A DNA stretch of 29,104 bases. Origin: a virus. Taxonomy: Duplodnaviria; Caudoviricetes. The position numbers and the translations under genes are program-made. Of this stretch, positions 9,322 through 18,608 are shown one piece after another (within the stretch, counting starts at the first letter, position 1; each line of letters starts with the position of its first letter). The notes under the pieces were generated by a model that saw only the letters and a program-made list of their open reading frames with translations, was not told the origin of the DNA and ran no database searches. The stretch lies in the IMG/VR virus record IMGVR_UViG_3300000756_000004, positions 1 to 29,104 of that record; one strand, written 5' to 3'.

Positions 9322-10152
9322 TTAGAAGCCAGGAGCAATGATGCTCTTGTGCTTTTGGAAGAAGGCTTGGCGCTCAGCACCAGGCTTCATTGCCATAAAG
9401 GATGCAAAGATTTGCTTGGCATCCTGGGCTTCAGCCAGCGCGTCAGCAGCTGGGGAATTGGCCACAGGCTTAACACCCAGGGAAGCTACCACCTTGGCAG
9501 CTTCCTTGCTGGCTGTGATCTGATTGGCCTGGGCTTCAGCAAGCTGCTTGGCCAGGGTATCCTTCTCACCTGTAAGGGTAGCAATGATGCTTTCCGCATC
9601 AGCCAGCTTCTTCTGGGCTTCAGTGGCTTCAAGCTTGATAGCTTCAGTGCTGGCCATCTTCTCAGCTGCTAAGGCTTCAAAAGCCTTCTTCAGCTCAGAG
9701 TGTTCAGCCTGGGCAGTGCCAAGGGTGGCATTGAGCTGTGTCACCATTTCTTCAGGGGTGGATGATGTAATTTCTGTAGCCATCTTATTAATGCACCAAT
9801 GGTCAAATGCCTTGGCCTGGGTATCCATTTTAGCAATTTGCTTTTCTGCCCAATCAGCTGCATCCATCACATCACCTGAAACAGATCCACCCCAGATCAG
9901 CCAGGCCACTGCACCAGCTCCAGGGAAGGCATCATTGCCTGGCTTATTCTTAGGTGCATCCAGATCAGGCTTATGCCTAGCAAACCAGGCAGGCATCCTG
10001 CGCAGCTTGCTTTCTGTGGTAAAGCCCTGGGCAAGCTCCCTGGCTTCATCCAGGGTTTTATCAGTGAGGCCATCCCCGCCCAATCCTTCCCTGTTATAAT
10101 CCAATCCGCGCTGGGCATTGGCCTTAAGGAAAGCTGGCACATCAATTGGCAT
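9322..10152 (-). CDS. Head morphogenesis domain fused in frame to the scaffold (276 aa); likely internal scaffold start at 9783
   Basis: Globular N-terminal part (NAQRGL...WFARH...AVAWLIWGG) followed by an Ala/Glu/Lys coiled coil beginning MATEIT. The late motif sits 8 nt before ATG 9783. Confidence 0.65.
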   Translation of the reverse strand: MPIDVPAFLKANAQRGLDYNREGLGGDGLTDKTLDEARELAQGFTTESKLRRMPAWFARHKPDLDAPKNKPGNDAFPGAGAVAWLIWGGSVSGDVMDAADWAEKQIAKMDTQAKAFDHWCINKMATEITSSTPEEMVTQLNATLGTAQAEHSELKKAFEALAAEKMASTEAIKLEATEAQKKLADAESIIATLTGEKDTLAKQLAEAQANQITASKEAAKVVASLGVKPVANSPAADALAEAQDAKQIFASFMAMKPGAERQAFFQKHKSIIAPGF

Positions 10153-10153
10153 A

Positions 10154-10978
10154 TCACTTCTTAAAAGCTTTGGCCTGGATGCCCTGGCTGGCTGTGCCTT
10201 CCAGCTGGCCAAGCAGGATCTTCAAGCTGTCGGCCAGACCTGTCACCAAGCCTTTAGCTGCAGCTTCTTTGCCAGACATTGTGCCACCATTTAGATCAGC
10301 ATCAGCTACCATTGTGCGCTTCATCTTCACAGAAGCCTTGAAGCTGTTGGCAGCATCCATAACGGATTTCTGCAGATAGGCATCCTGAGCTTCAGTGATT
10401 GGCAGGCCAGGGACACCAATGCCCTTAAGCTCATCAGATCGATAGATGCGGACATTGATGCCCATTGCCTTGGCCTGCTCAGATACATCTGTCACCACAG
10501 CATATACACCCACACTCCCTACAGAAGCTGAGCTGGATGCCAGCACTCTGGTGCTTGCACTTCCGATCCAATAGGCAGCAGAATTCATTGAGCCAGATGT
10601 GTAAGCAATTGTTTCTTTACCAAGCCCCCTGATCTTATTGGCCAATTCCTCCACCCCATCAATCGTGCCACCATCTGAATTGATATTGAACAGGATGCGC
10701 TTGGCATCTGATGCCATACCCTGATCAATATAATCATCCACTGTTTCCACATCAGTAGCCCCAATGCCTTCAAGTGGGCTAAGCCCCTTACCAATCATAC
10801 CCTGGATAGGGATGATAAATGTGCTGCCTACCTGGTAAGGCTTAGGAGCTTCACCAAAAAATTGGGATAGGAGATCAGTAAAGCCCTGCTTCTGGACAAT
10901 GGCCAGATGCTGCTGTGCCACCTGGTAATCTACCAGGAAGGGGCGTTGACCATTGATAGCTTTGATAAGTGAGCGCAT
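10154..10978 (-). CDS. S49/SppA-family prohead protease (274 aa)
   Basis: NINSDGG, SAAYWIGS and VGSVGV motifs; follows the portal as lambda gpC does. Confidence 0.9.
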   Translation of the reverse strand: MRSLIKAINGQRPFLVDYQVAQQHLAIVQKQGFTDLLSQFFGEAPKPYQVGSTFIIPIQGMIGKGLSPLEGIGATDVETVDDYIDQGMASDAKRILFNINSDGGTIDGVEELANKIRGLGKETIAYTSGSMNSAAYWIGSASTRVLASSSASVGSVGVYAVVTDVSEQAKAMGINVRIYRSDELKGIGVPGLPITEAQDAYLQKSVMDAANSFKASVKMKRTMVADADLNGGTMSGKEAAAKGLVTGLADSLKILLGQLEGTASQGIQAKAFKK

Positions 10979-10989
10979 AGGGTTTAAAG

Positions 10990-12474
10990 TTAAGCAGGCT
11001 GATCAGACCCTGGCAGTGTTCCATTGGCCTGAGCGATTTGGAATTCAGTGGCAGTAGGTTTGCCCTGGGTATCTTGCAGCCAATTGAAGCCTGGCTTGTA
11101 TAGCATCCAAAGTGGCAAGCCTTCTGAGTCAGCCAGCTCCTTAATGAATTTAAAATCTTTGGCGCGCTTGACCATCTCAGTGCGCAGATCCAATCCGCGC
11201 TGGGCATAAAGCTCAGACATAGAAAGCAGCCCCAGCTCCACATCAGCACGATCCTGGGCAGCATCACGGCCAGCATCAATGGTAAGTCGTTTAGGTGTAG
11301 TGCAGCTGACCTTCCACCAATCGGGGCTGTCAGGCAGCTCACCATTGGCAATTTTTGTGCCAATAACATACCTATAAATTGGGATGATAAATCTCTCAAT
11401 CAGGATGGTCTGCCAGCGGGAAAATACTCTGTCACTTTTGGCAGCAATTAATCTCAGTGCTGCGCCCCCTGCTTCAGAAGGGTTAATGAATTCATAGGGG
11501 ATAGATCCCCTGCTGATATCAGATTGAATGGCCTTAAGGAAAGAAACGAAATTTCCATTTGGCCGTTTGCTTTCTAAGCTGCCCAGGCTTTCACCTGGCT
11601 CAAGCACAGCCAGCTTGCCCCCTAGCTTTCTTGCCAGGGTTTCACCATTGCTGCCACTTGTGCCCATCTCATCTTTCAGCTGGCCTGCGACAAAACCACC
11701 TTGCTTGTGCAACACCCTTGTAAAATCGGAGTCATTGCGGACAGCGAGCATTTCCAACTTCAAGAGCTCATCCTCAGATTGTATATCCGACCAGCTATGT
11801 TGAAGCAGGGGAAGCCCGCGCGCGCCAGATGAATAATCCTGTTCACAGATATGCATCACAGAATTGGCAGGGATCTCCCTGCTGACCTTATTGGGCTGCA
11901 GAAAATTGTAAGATACAATTCTGCCAACACTGTCAAAGCGCACACCATCAATCATACCTTCAGGCACAGGCACTCCCTCAGGGTTGCCTACCTTATGACC
12001 TTCCACTAGCTGGATCTTAGGATTGCCAAGCTCATCTGTGGTCAGGATGCCAAAGCTGTCACCATCTCGCAGCGCGCCCCTAAGGGGCAATCGTTGCAGA
12101 TCTACCCAGGAAAATCTGCCAGACAGATCCAGCTGCTTAGCTGCTTCAGCAAAAGCTTCTTCATAAATCGCAGCCTTATCCCCATCTGCACTGTGGCATT
12201 GGATGGTGATGCCATCTGCCCCACACACATAAGTAACATAATCACCCAGGATCTGGCGCACCAGGCCACAATTGCGCTCACCATACCTCAGGCGTTTAAT
12301 CATCTCCAGCCTATCATTGGCTGTGTAATCCACTGAGAAATCTACAGCTGTGCCATAGATTGCAGCACGATTGGTGCTGGCCTGGATGCTAGTGAATTGA
12401 GCTGAGCCAGCCAGGTGCTTAGGTTTAGCACCATCACCCTGGATGGTAGGCTGTGTGGTTTTGCGTTTAGCCAT
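10990..12474 (-). CDS. Portal protein, lambda family (494 aa)
   Basis: RDGDSF, DGVRFDSVGRIVSY, IPANSVMH, ARGLPLL and LEPGE motifs. Confidence 0.88.
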   Translation of the reverse strand: MAKRKTTQPTIQGDGAKPKHLAGSAQFTSIQASTNRAAIYGTAVDFSVDYTANDRLEMIKRLRYGERNCGLVRQILGDYVTYVCGADGITIQCHSADGDKAAIYEEAFAEAAKQLDLSGRFSWVDLQRLPLRGALRDGDSFGILTTDELGNPKIQLVEGHKVGNPEGVPVPEGMIDGVRFDSVGRIVSYNFLQPNKVSREIPANSVMHICEQDYSSGARGLPLLQHSWSDIQSEDELLKLEMLAVRNDSDFTRVLHKQGGFVAGQLKDEMGTSGSNGETLARKLGGKLAVLEPGESLGSLESKRPNGNFVSFLKAIQSDISRGSIPYEFINPSEAGGAALRLIAAKSDRVFSRWQTILIERFIIPIYRYVIGTKIANGELPDSPDWWKVSCTTPKRLTIDAGRDAAQDRADVELGLLSMSELYAQRGLDLRTEMVKRAKDFKFIKELADSEGLPLWMLYKPGFNWLQDTQGKPTATEFQIAQANGTLPGSDQPA

Positions 12475-12477
12475 AAA

Positions 12478-12735
12478 TTAATCTTCCAGATTTTGCCAAT
12501 TGGATTTGATGACAGTGGTGCGCTCACCATAGGTTACACTGTCTGCAGCTGATAAGGCAAAGCAGGCTTCATTGAAGCGATCCTTGGCAGGCATTGTGAT
12601 GGCCTTGCTCACAGATGTGCCACTGTCACTGTAGCTTGTGGTGATTACCCCTGTGGTTAATTCCACCAGGGCAGCATCCCTGATTGCCACAAGAGTGAGA
12701 ACAGGAAGCCCAATGAAAATCCCTGAAGAAGCCAT
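12478..12735 (-). CDS. Head completion protein, gpW-like (85 aa)
   Basis: Small gene between TerL and portal; TSYSDSGTSVS beta-hairpin. Start MASSG follows the late motif. Confidence 0.55.
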   Translation of the reverse strand: MASSGIFIGLPVLTLVAIRDAALVELTTGVITTSYSDSGTSVSKAITMPAKDRFNEACFALSAADSVTYGERTTVIKSNWQNLED

Positions 12736-12833
12736 TTGAAATTGCACCAAAGGTCAATGGGGGTGCTTGCTGGCCTGCCCCACATTACAATGATCCCACC
12801 CGATTGCTTTGCACAGACCAGCAAGCACTTGCC

Positions 12834-14693
12834 TTATCCTTCCCCATCAGTGGCCTGTGTCAATCCACCTTCAGGCTGCGCGCCTGGCCTTTCTTCTTCA
12901 GACACATCCCTGCCAATGATGCCCCAGCGCACAGCCAGGATGACACCCATACAGGCACAATCCCAGGCGTGGTTTCCTGCTGTCTTTCCAGCTGGCATAA
13001 TCCAATGGGCTTTGCCTGATCTGCTATCCTTCACCCTCACTTCACTTGTGAGCTGAGCCACATAATCATCAGGCACATTTCTTGCATAGGTATGCAGCCT
13101 GCGTTTCTGCAATCCAGCCAGGAGATCCTTGGTGGCCAGATTGCTCCACACAATCATTTCACATCTGCGCGCCTGGCCTGGCACAAAGATCAGCTGCTTG
13201 TCAGAATAAAATCTTTTAGTGGTTTTAGTGCCCATATCCTGCACAGTGAAATCAGCCTGGCCACTTCCTCTCAGTGCCTTCCATCCCCTGGCTGCACATT
13301 GGGCATAGACCTCTTGCGTCTGATCTCCTGAGTCAACACCAGCTAAGGCTTTGTTTACCGAGTGGAGTTTAGCCAGATCGTCCAGCTGTTGCCAGGTGTC
13401 CACCTTGCCAAACCAGCGCAGCCTGCTGTGGCCTGTCTTGCTCCAGCTCCTTACCTCAGCCCAGAAGTGCCCCCGCTGCACATCTATGGAAAGGGTGCGG
13501 AATGGCACTGAGCCATCAGGGATATTGCTGCTGTGGATATCCACCACCCTGGCTTCACCTGTGATCTTAGCTTCCATATCCCAATCATCACCCAGGGAAT
13601 AATCCCCAGCCTTTGCCTGGCTTGTGATCTCGCCCCCCCCATTTTCTGACCAGCAAAGTGCCAATCTCTTTTGCTTCCACACCCTGCGCCCAGACTCATC
13701 ACCATACAGGTCTGCACTCTCTTTGGCCTTCAGCATCCTCACAGCTTCCTTGCCCCAGGATGAATTGATCAGGCAATTCCAATGCAGGCCAACATTACCC
13801 CAGCTGCTGCCTGTGCTGGTGGCCTTGAAGCTTGCACCCCTTTCAGGGTTATTGGCTTCAGCCCTTACCCCTGGGGTATCCTTCAGCCTGACCTGGCAGT
13901 GCGCGCACTCATAAGTAGTGCCCACTTCCACCAGCTTGGTATCCCACATACCACCCACCTTAGCTTCTTCAGGGAAGCGAATAAACTCCCACAGCCAGGG
14001 CTGAAGCTTGCTGCAGCTGGGGCAGGCAAAGTGCCACACCCTTTGATCAGTGCTGTCATACAAGCTGTGAAATTCATCACCCTTATTTCCAGCCTGGCCA
14101 AAGGCCAGCACCCTACCCATCCAGCTGAAAGCCTGGGTGCGCGCGGAAGCTTCCAGGATGTGCCCCCTAGGATACATCCAGGCTTCATCCATAATCACTG
14201 TGCGCAGGGATAGGCGTTGCAGATTTCCCTCATTCCAAGCACCCCTGCAATACAGGGTAACACCATTGGTGAAATCGGCCACTGTGCTTTTGTCATTATC
14301 CCCATCAGACAAGAGTGCCTTGGCTGGTGGGCATTGATTAATCAGTGGGCGCACATACCTGATGAAGAAATCTTTGGCTTCAGGATCTGTGGGCTGCAGC
14401 ATCATAAAAGGTGCGGGGGCATTTACGATCTGCCACAGGGCATACAATCTTTGCAGCAGGGATTTGCCTGACTGCGTTGCAGCTATCACCACACCCAGCT
14501 TTGTTTCTGGATCAGTGAGGATACGCAGTGCCTCAGCCAGCCAGGGTGTGCGCTTCAAGCTGAGCTTTCCCCTTATCATTGAGTCAGGCACATCATTCAC
14601 ATTATCTTCCACCCACTGCACTACATCACCTGTGAAGCTTGGCCTGATGGTATCCTGTGCTGTGGCCAGCAGCCTGGCTTCCTGGCTGGTCAT
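12834..14693 (-). CDS. terL: Terminase large subunit, GpA type (619 aa)
   Basis: TPW adenine-binding motif, Walker A ATQSGKS, Walker B VIMDE, CPSC/CAHC zinc motif, nuclease SIDVQ and NHAWDC. Confidence 0.93.
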   Translation of the reverse strand: MTSQEARLLATAQDTIRPSFTGDVVQWVEDNVNDVPDSMIRGKLSLKRTPWLAEALRILTDPETKLGVVIAATQSGKSLLQRLYALWQIVNAPAPFMMLQPTDPEAKDFFIRYVRPLINQCPPAKALLSDGDNDKSTVADFTNGVTLYCRGAWNEGNLQRLSLRTVIMDEAWMYPRGHILEASARTQAFSWMGRVLAFGQAGNKGDEFHSLYDSTDQRVWHFACPSCSKLQPWLWEFIRFPEEAKVGGMWDTKLVEVGTTYECAHCQVRLKDTPGVRAEANNPERGASFKATSTGSSWGNVGLHWNCLINSSWGKEAVRMLKAKESADLYGDESGRRVWKQKRLALCWSENGGGEITSQAKAGDYSLGDDWDMEAKITGEARVVDIHSSNIPDGSVPFRTLSIDVQRGHFWAEVRSWSKTGHSRLRWFGKVDTWQQLDDLAKLHSVNKALAGVDSGDQTQEVYAQCAARGWKALRGSGQADFTVQDMGTKTTKRFYSDKQLIFVPGQARRCEMIVWSNLATKDLLAGLQKRRLHTYARNVPDDYVAQLTSEVRVKDSRSGKAHWIMPAGKTAGNHAWDCACMGVILAVRWGIIGRDVSEEERPGAQPEGGLTQATDGEG

Positions 14694-15277
14694 AGGGTTT
14701 CCTTGGCCAGATCACTGCGCACTTCAATTGCCCACTTGGTAAGGGATTTGATGGCCGTTTCTGGTCTGTCTGGATTGCATCCCTCAGCACATTCAAGGGG
14801 AAGCTTGTCTAGCTTCTGCACTACCTTGGCCGTCCACTTGGCAATGAAGGCTTGGGCTTCACTCAGCTTGATCAGCTCCCTGGCTTCCACTGCCCTGGCC
14901 TTCTCCTTATCCTGGAGAAACACCAGCCCCTTCAAGCTGCCATTGTATGCTGTCTGCAGCTTGGCCTGGGCAGGATCATTTCCAGATATTGCTGCCATCA
15001 GTGCATCACGCGCCAGGTCAATGATGAGGATGTGCTGAGCCAGGGCATAATCAAGTGAGCCATTGGCCAGGGCTGTCACTGCCTGCAGCTGAACAGGGCT
15101 GAGCTGAGCAGCAGCTGGCTTGGGTGGTGGGGCTGGTAGCTTACGCAGCCTGCCTGCCTTGCGCGCCTTCAGCCAATCCCTGGCCAACACTAGATCCTTG
15201 GGCATACCTTCCTGGCACAGCTTGCTGACATAGCCAATTGATAGATCAAGCTGCTTGGCCAATTCTCTTTGTGTCAT
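14690..15277 (-). CDS. terS: Terminase small subunit, Nu1-like (195 aa)
   Basis: N-terminal HTH MTQRELAKQLDLSIGYVSKLCQEGMP, then helical region; ATGA overlap with terL. Confidence 0.75.
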   Translation of the reverse strand: MTQRELAKQLDLSIGYVSKLCQEGMPKDLVLARDWLKARKAGRLRKLPAPPPKPAAAQLSPVQLQAVTALANGSLDYALAQHILIIDLARDALMAAISGNDPAQAKLQTAYNGSLKGLVFLQDKEKARAVEARELIKLSEAQAFIAKWTAKVVQKLDKLPLECAEGCNPDRPETAIKSLTKWAIEVRSDLAKETL

Positions 15278-15304
15278 AATAATGATTGTAAATGATTGGC
15301 TGTT

Positions 15305-15985
15305 TTAGCCCTGGTGCGTTTCCTGACCGCCTTTTGATGAAAACCCGTGTTTTTTGGCGGTGGTGGATGCCCCACGCCTCACAGGGGGGGGATTAATAGA
15401 TTTCTTATGCACCCCTTTGGTCATATAAGCATCAGAAAAATCATTTAGATTATTATCATCAGCTGCAGCTTGGGATTGTCTCATCCTGGAAAGCAATCCT
15501 GGTGCGATCTGGCCTGCGTGGGCTGCAAGCTTCAGCACCCTTACTGAAATGGCCTGCTTGGTAAGGCCAAGCCTTCTTGCGAGATCGTTTTGAGTAGGGG
15601 CATCACTTGTCTGCAGGATTATCTTCACCATATCGAAATGAGTCTGCACATTTTTATCTGATGATGCGCCCATCATTGCCAGCACATCACTGATGATCTC
15701 ACCCACGCGCTCCCTAGTCACCCACCCATCAAACTCAGCTGGCTCATCTTTGTGCCTGGGATCTGCTGATGCAAATTTTGTATCATTGTCATAGACCAGG
15801 AAGCTGTGCCTGGGCATTGGCATCTCTCGATATGGGATGATCGGGGGCATCTGGCTTCTTAGCTCCTTCTGCTGATCCAGGGGCAGGCCATCAAACCAGG
15901 CATCAAAGACAGCTTCTTCTGGCCTGCCATCTCTCAGCTGCTGTAATTGCTGCTGCACTCTCCTCTTTTGGGGATTGGAAGCCAT
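15305..15985 (-). CDS. HTH DNA-binding protein, candidate late regulator or sigma region-4-like (226 aa)
   Basis: TQNDLARRLGLTKQAISVRV helix-turn-helix; located at the early/late boundary. Confidence 0.55.
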   Translation of the reverse strand: MASNPQKRRVQQQLQQLRDGRPEEAVFDAWFDGLPLDQQKELRSQMPPIIPYREMPMPRHSFLVYDNDTKFASADPRHKDEPAEFDGWVTRERVGEIISDVLAMMGASSDKNVQTHFDMVKIILQTSDAPTQNDLARRLGLTKQAISVRVLKLAAHAGQIAPGLLSRMRQSQAAADDNNLNDFSDAYMTKGVHKKSINPPPVRRGASTTAKKHGFSSKGGQETHQG

Positions 15986-16031
15986 AGGATAAGCAGATTT
16001 TTTGTTTATATTGGTGTTATTAGGTCAGAAA

Positions 16032-16370
16032 TTAGCCCTTAGCCACTACAATCCAGGCATTTCTGCTCGCATCATAGGACAGCAGGCCATAGCGCACAGC
16101 CTGAGTGCGCAGCCTTTTAAGCCTGGGTGGATCTGGCATCAGCCCTTCAGCTAGGAGTGCCTCACTCATCAGCTGCTTGCTTTGGGATGCCTGGAAGGTC
16201 TTAGGAAGCCTTTGGACAACTTGGCTGACCACTTTAGCCTTTCTTACCTTCAAAGCCTTCCTGGAGGCAATGAGGGCATCCAGATTGGCCTTCATCAGCT
16301 CAGGTCTATCCTTCCACAGCCTTTTCCAATGCTGCAGCTGTGCCAGGGCTTTCATTTTAGGCTTATTCAT
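16032..16370 (-). CDS. Hypothetical basic protein, possible winged helix (~112 aa)
   Basis: C-terminal LRTQAVRYGLLSYDASRNAW resembles a winged-helix wing. Start uncertain. Confidence 0.5.
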   Translation of the reverse strand: MNKPKMKALAQLQHWKRLWKDRPELMKANLDALIASRKALKVRKAKVVSQVVQRLPKTFQASQSKQLMSEALLAEGLMPDPPRLKRLRTQAVRYGLLSYDASRNAWIVVAKG

Positions 16371-16531
16371 CCAATGAGGGGGCAGGGGTGGAATAAAGGC
16401 AGCATCCCCTGGGGGCAAGCGCAGCGATTAAGCCCCAAAGGGGTAATGCCTTTATATTACCCTTTAGGGTAATAGGTCTGTGCCAGGCACTGCCCAGGGT
16501 GCTTAGGCCAGGGCAGAAAGGTGTAGGCAGA

Positions 16532-17848
16532 TTATACATCATTATCTTGCGGGGGTGGCGCGTTGTTTATCTCCCACTTGATCTGTCCCCTGATCTTACT
16601 GTGACGCACTCGCAGGCTTTCAGTGAAGAAGCCCTGGTGATCTCTCATCCCTGCCCTGCTGCCTCTCTTGCCTAGCTTGAAGATGAAGTGGGGCAGCTCA
16701 TCATCCTCCCTGCGTAAGATGGCTGTGGCTCTAAACCAATTGGCAAGCTCACTACTCCCACTGAAATCATAGGTGCTGCTGGTCTTGCCTTCAGATTTCT
16801 TTGGTGGCTTGTTTTGGTGGTGGATGGCTATGAGCGCGCAGCCTGTGCGCATCAAGCAGGGCTGAAGGATGTGGCGCAGGAAGTGGCTGCAATATTCTTG
16901 CTTAGATACATCCCCTGCTGCGAACCCCAGGAGAGGATCAATGATCAGCAGATCAGCCCTGTGCTTCTTCACCAGATCCTCAATGAGCAGGCCAAAGGCA
17001 TCACCTGTCTTAATGGCTTCCCTGTATATGCTGACATTCTCGGCCAGGGTTTCCAGGTCAGGTCTGCTGAGTGACATTGAGGCAGTAACATCCTGCCACT
17101 GTTCAGCCAGGTCAGCCAAATCATTTTCTGACTGCAGCAGCACAATCCTTAGTGGGCGCACAGGCTTGATGTGCCACAGGTCACGGCCAAGTGCCCAGCT
17201 GACAATCATCTGTGTGGCCAGGGTGGATTTGCCACAGCCAGCCTGGGCACTGAATAGTAAGCTGCCACCTTTGCAGATCCATCTATTGCCCAGGAGATTG
17301 TTAGGATCATTGTGCCTATCGATATTATACAGATCAGCCAGGGGCATCTGCACTGTGGTGCTATCCTGGCTGCTGGTGGTGCTGATATCCTTGGCCTGAG
17401 CCATCAGGCTTTGCATCAGCTCATCTGGTTTGAAAGCTCCTGACTGTGCCTTGGCACTGATATCCCTGGCCAGATTGATGAGCTGGCGCGCCTGGTGCTT
17501 CTCCTGCAGGATGATGATGGCCTGCCTAAGATTGGCTGAGGGGGCAAAGATGGAGCTGGTCAGCTCATTGATGTAATGCAGGCCACCAGCTTGATCCAGG
17601 GTGAGGGTGCTGCGTAGCTGATTGGACAGGGTAAGCTCATCTGGGCTGATGCCCAGGGTGATGAGCTGCTGGCAAGCCTGGTAGATGGTCTGGTGCTTTG
17701 GCTCAAGGAAGGCTTTGGCATCCAGGCTGGCATCACTGCAGGCTTTGAAGGATGGGCGCAGGGCATCACCATCCACTAGGATGGAAGCCAGCACACACCT
17801 TTCAGCATCCAGATCGCAAGGGGGAAGCTGTGGTTTGTGGTTTGTCAT
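16532..17848 (-). CDS. Replicative helicase: DnaB N-terminal domain plus RepA/AAA_25 ATPase (438 aa)
   Basis: PPCDLDAERCVLASIL and AGGLHYINEL (DnaB-N); Walker A QAGCGKST, Walker B LLIIDP, IHHQNK, GSSELANW. Confidence 0.88.
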   Translation of the reverse strand: MTNHKPQLPPCDLDAERCVLASILVDGDALRPSFKACSDASLDAKAFLEPKHQTIYQACQQLITLGISPDELTLSNQLRSTLTLDQAGGLHYINELTSSIFAPSANLRQAIIILQEKHQARQLINLARDISAKAQSGAFKPDELMQSLMAQAKDISTTSSQDSTTVQMPLADLYNIDRHNDPNNLLGNRWICKGGSLLFSAQAGCGKSTLATQMIVSWALGRDLWHIKPVRPLRIVLLQSENDLADLAEQWQDVTASMSLSRPDLETLAENVSIYREAIKTGDAFGLLIEDLVKKHRADLLIIDPLLGFAAGDVSKQEYCSHFLRHILQPCLMRTGCALIAIHHQNKPPKKSEGKTSSTYDFSGSSELANWFRATAILRREDDELPHFIFKLGKRGSRAGMRDHQGFFTESLRVRHSKIRGQIKWEINNAPPPQDNDV

Positions 17849-17907
17849 AGGTGGGATGTAGAGGAAGGCAGGCTGCTGTGGGGGTGCAGCCTGTCAACCT
17901 GTTGCAG

Positions 17908-18345
17908 TTAGAAGCCTGGTTCAGCTGTAGGATCTACCTGATTTACGAAAGGGTGAAATTTCGTCACCTTGCAGATCAGCTTCTGCTCACCACTACTGAA
18001 GGTCACTTCTTCCTGCACCACTGTCACCTTCAGCATACACCCTTCAGCTTGGCTGAGGAAGGCGCGCAGCTCATCCTGAGATTTACCAGGCAAGCCCACC
18101 TTCTTCCCTGTGGCAGTGCCCACAAAGGCAGCAGCGCGTTTCAGTGCGCCATCAGTGCTGCCAAAGAAGGTATCATTTACCTTAGTGCTGTCCTTAGTGG
18201 TCAGCAGCACCTTCACCTTGGCATCATTCTTCTGGGTGAAGCTCACATCCTCATCACGGATTTTGCAGACCTTAACCAGATATTCACCTGGTGAGCTGAT
18301 GGCTGTGAGTTTTGGGCGGGGGCTGTTATTGTTTTGGTAGGTCAT
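17908..18345 (-). CDS. Putative ssDNA-binding protein, DUF669-like (145 aa)
   Basis: PGEYLVKV motif, beta-rich, C-terminal EPGF tail; replication module. Confidence 0.6.
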   Translation of the reverse strand: MTYQNNNSPRPKLTAISSPGEYLVKVCKIRDEDVSFTQKNDAKVKVLLTTKDSTKVNDTFFGSTDGALKRAAAFVGTATGKKVGLPGKSQDELRAFLSQAEGCMLKVTVVQEEVTFSSGEQKLICKVTKFHPFVNQVDPTAEPGF

Positions 18346-18608
18346 AGGGTATCAGGGTTAAGAGGTAAAGGGTTTGTGTCAGGATCAATTGCTTTGACTG
18401 TCAGCTGGCCATCATTGAGCAGCTGCTGTAGAAGGATGGCTGTGGCAGGATGTTCAGTGCGCACAAAGCCCCTGCCACTGTAAAGGTAAGGCTTACCTAG
18501 TGGCCAGGGTGGGGCATCAACATCAGTGCAGTGGAATAAATAGAAGGGGCTTTGGCCTTCCTTCTGGGGGTTGAATACTTCAGCCACCCAGGTCTTGCGC
18601 TGGCTCAT
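18342..18608 (-). CDS. Hypothetical protein (88 aa)
   Basis: Translationally coupled on both sides. Confidence 0.6.
   Translation of the reverse strand: MSQRKTWVAEVFNPQKEGQSPFYLFHCTDVDAPPWPLGKPYLYSGRGFVRTEHPATAILLQQLLNDGQLTVKAIDPDTNPLPLNPDTL

Noticed and set aside
10146-10212. Programmed frameshift fusing the S49 protease to the next ORF
   Set aside because: It would need a +1 shift at GCT TTT AAG with no canonical slippery site, and an ATG lies 1 nt after the stop.
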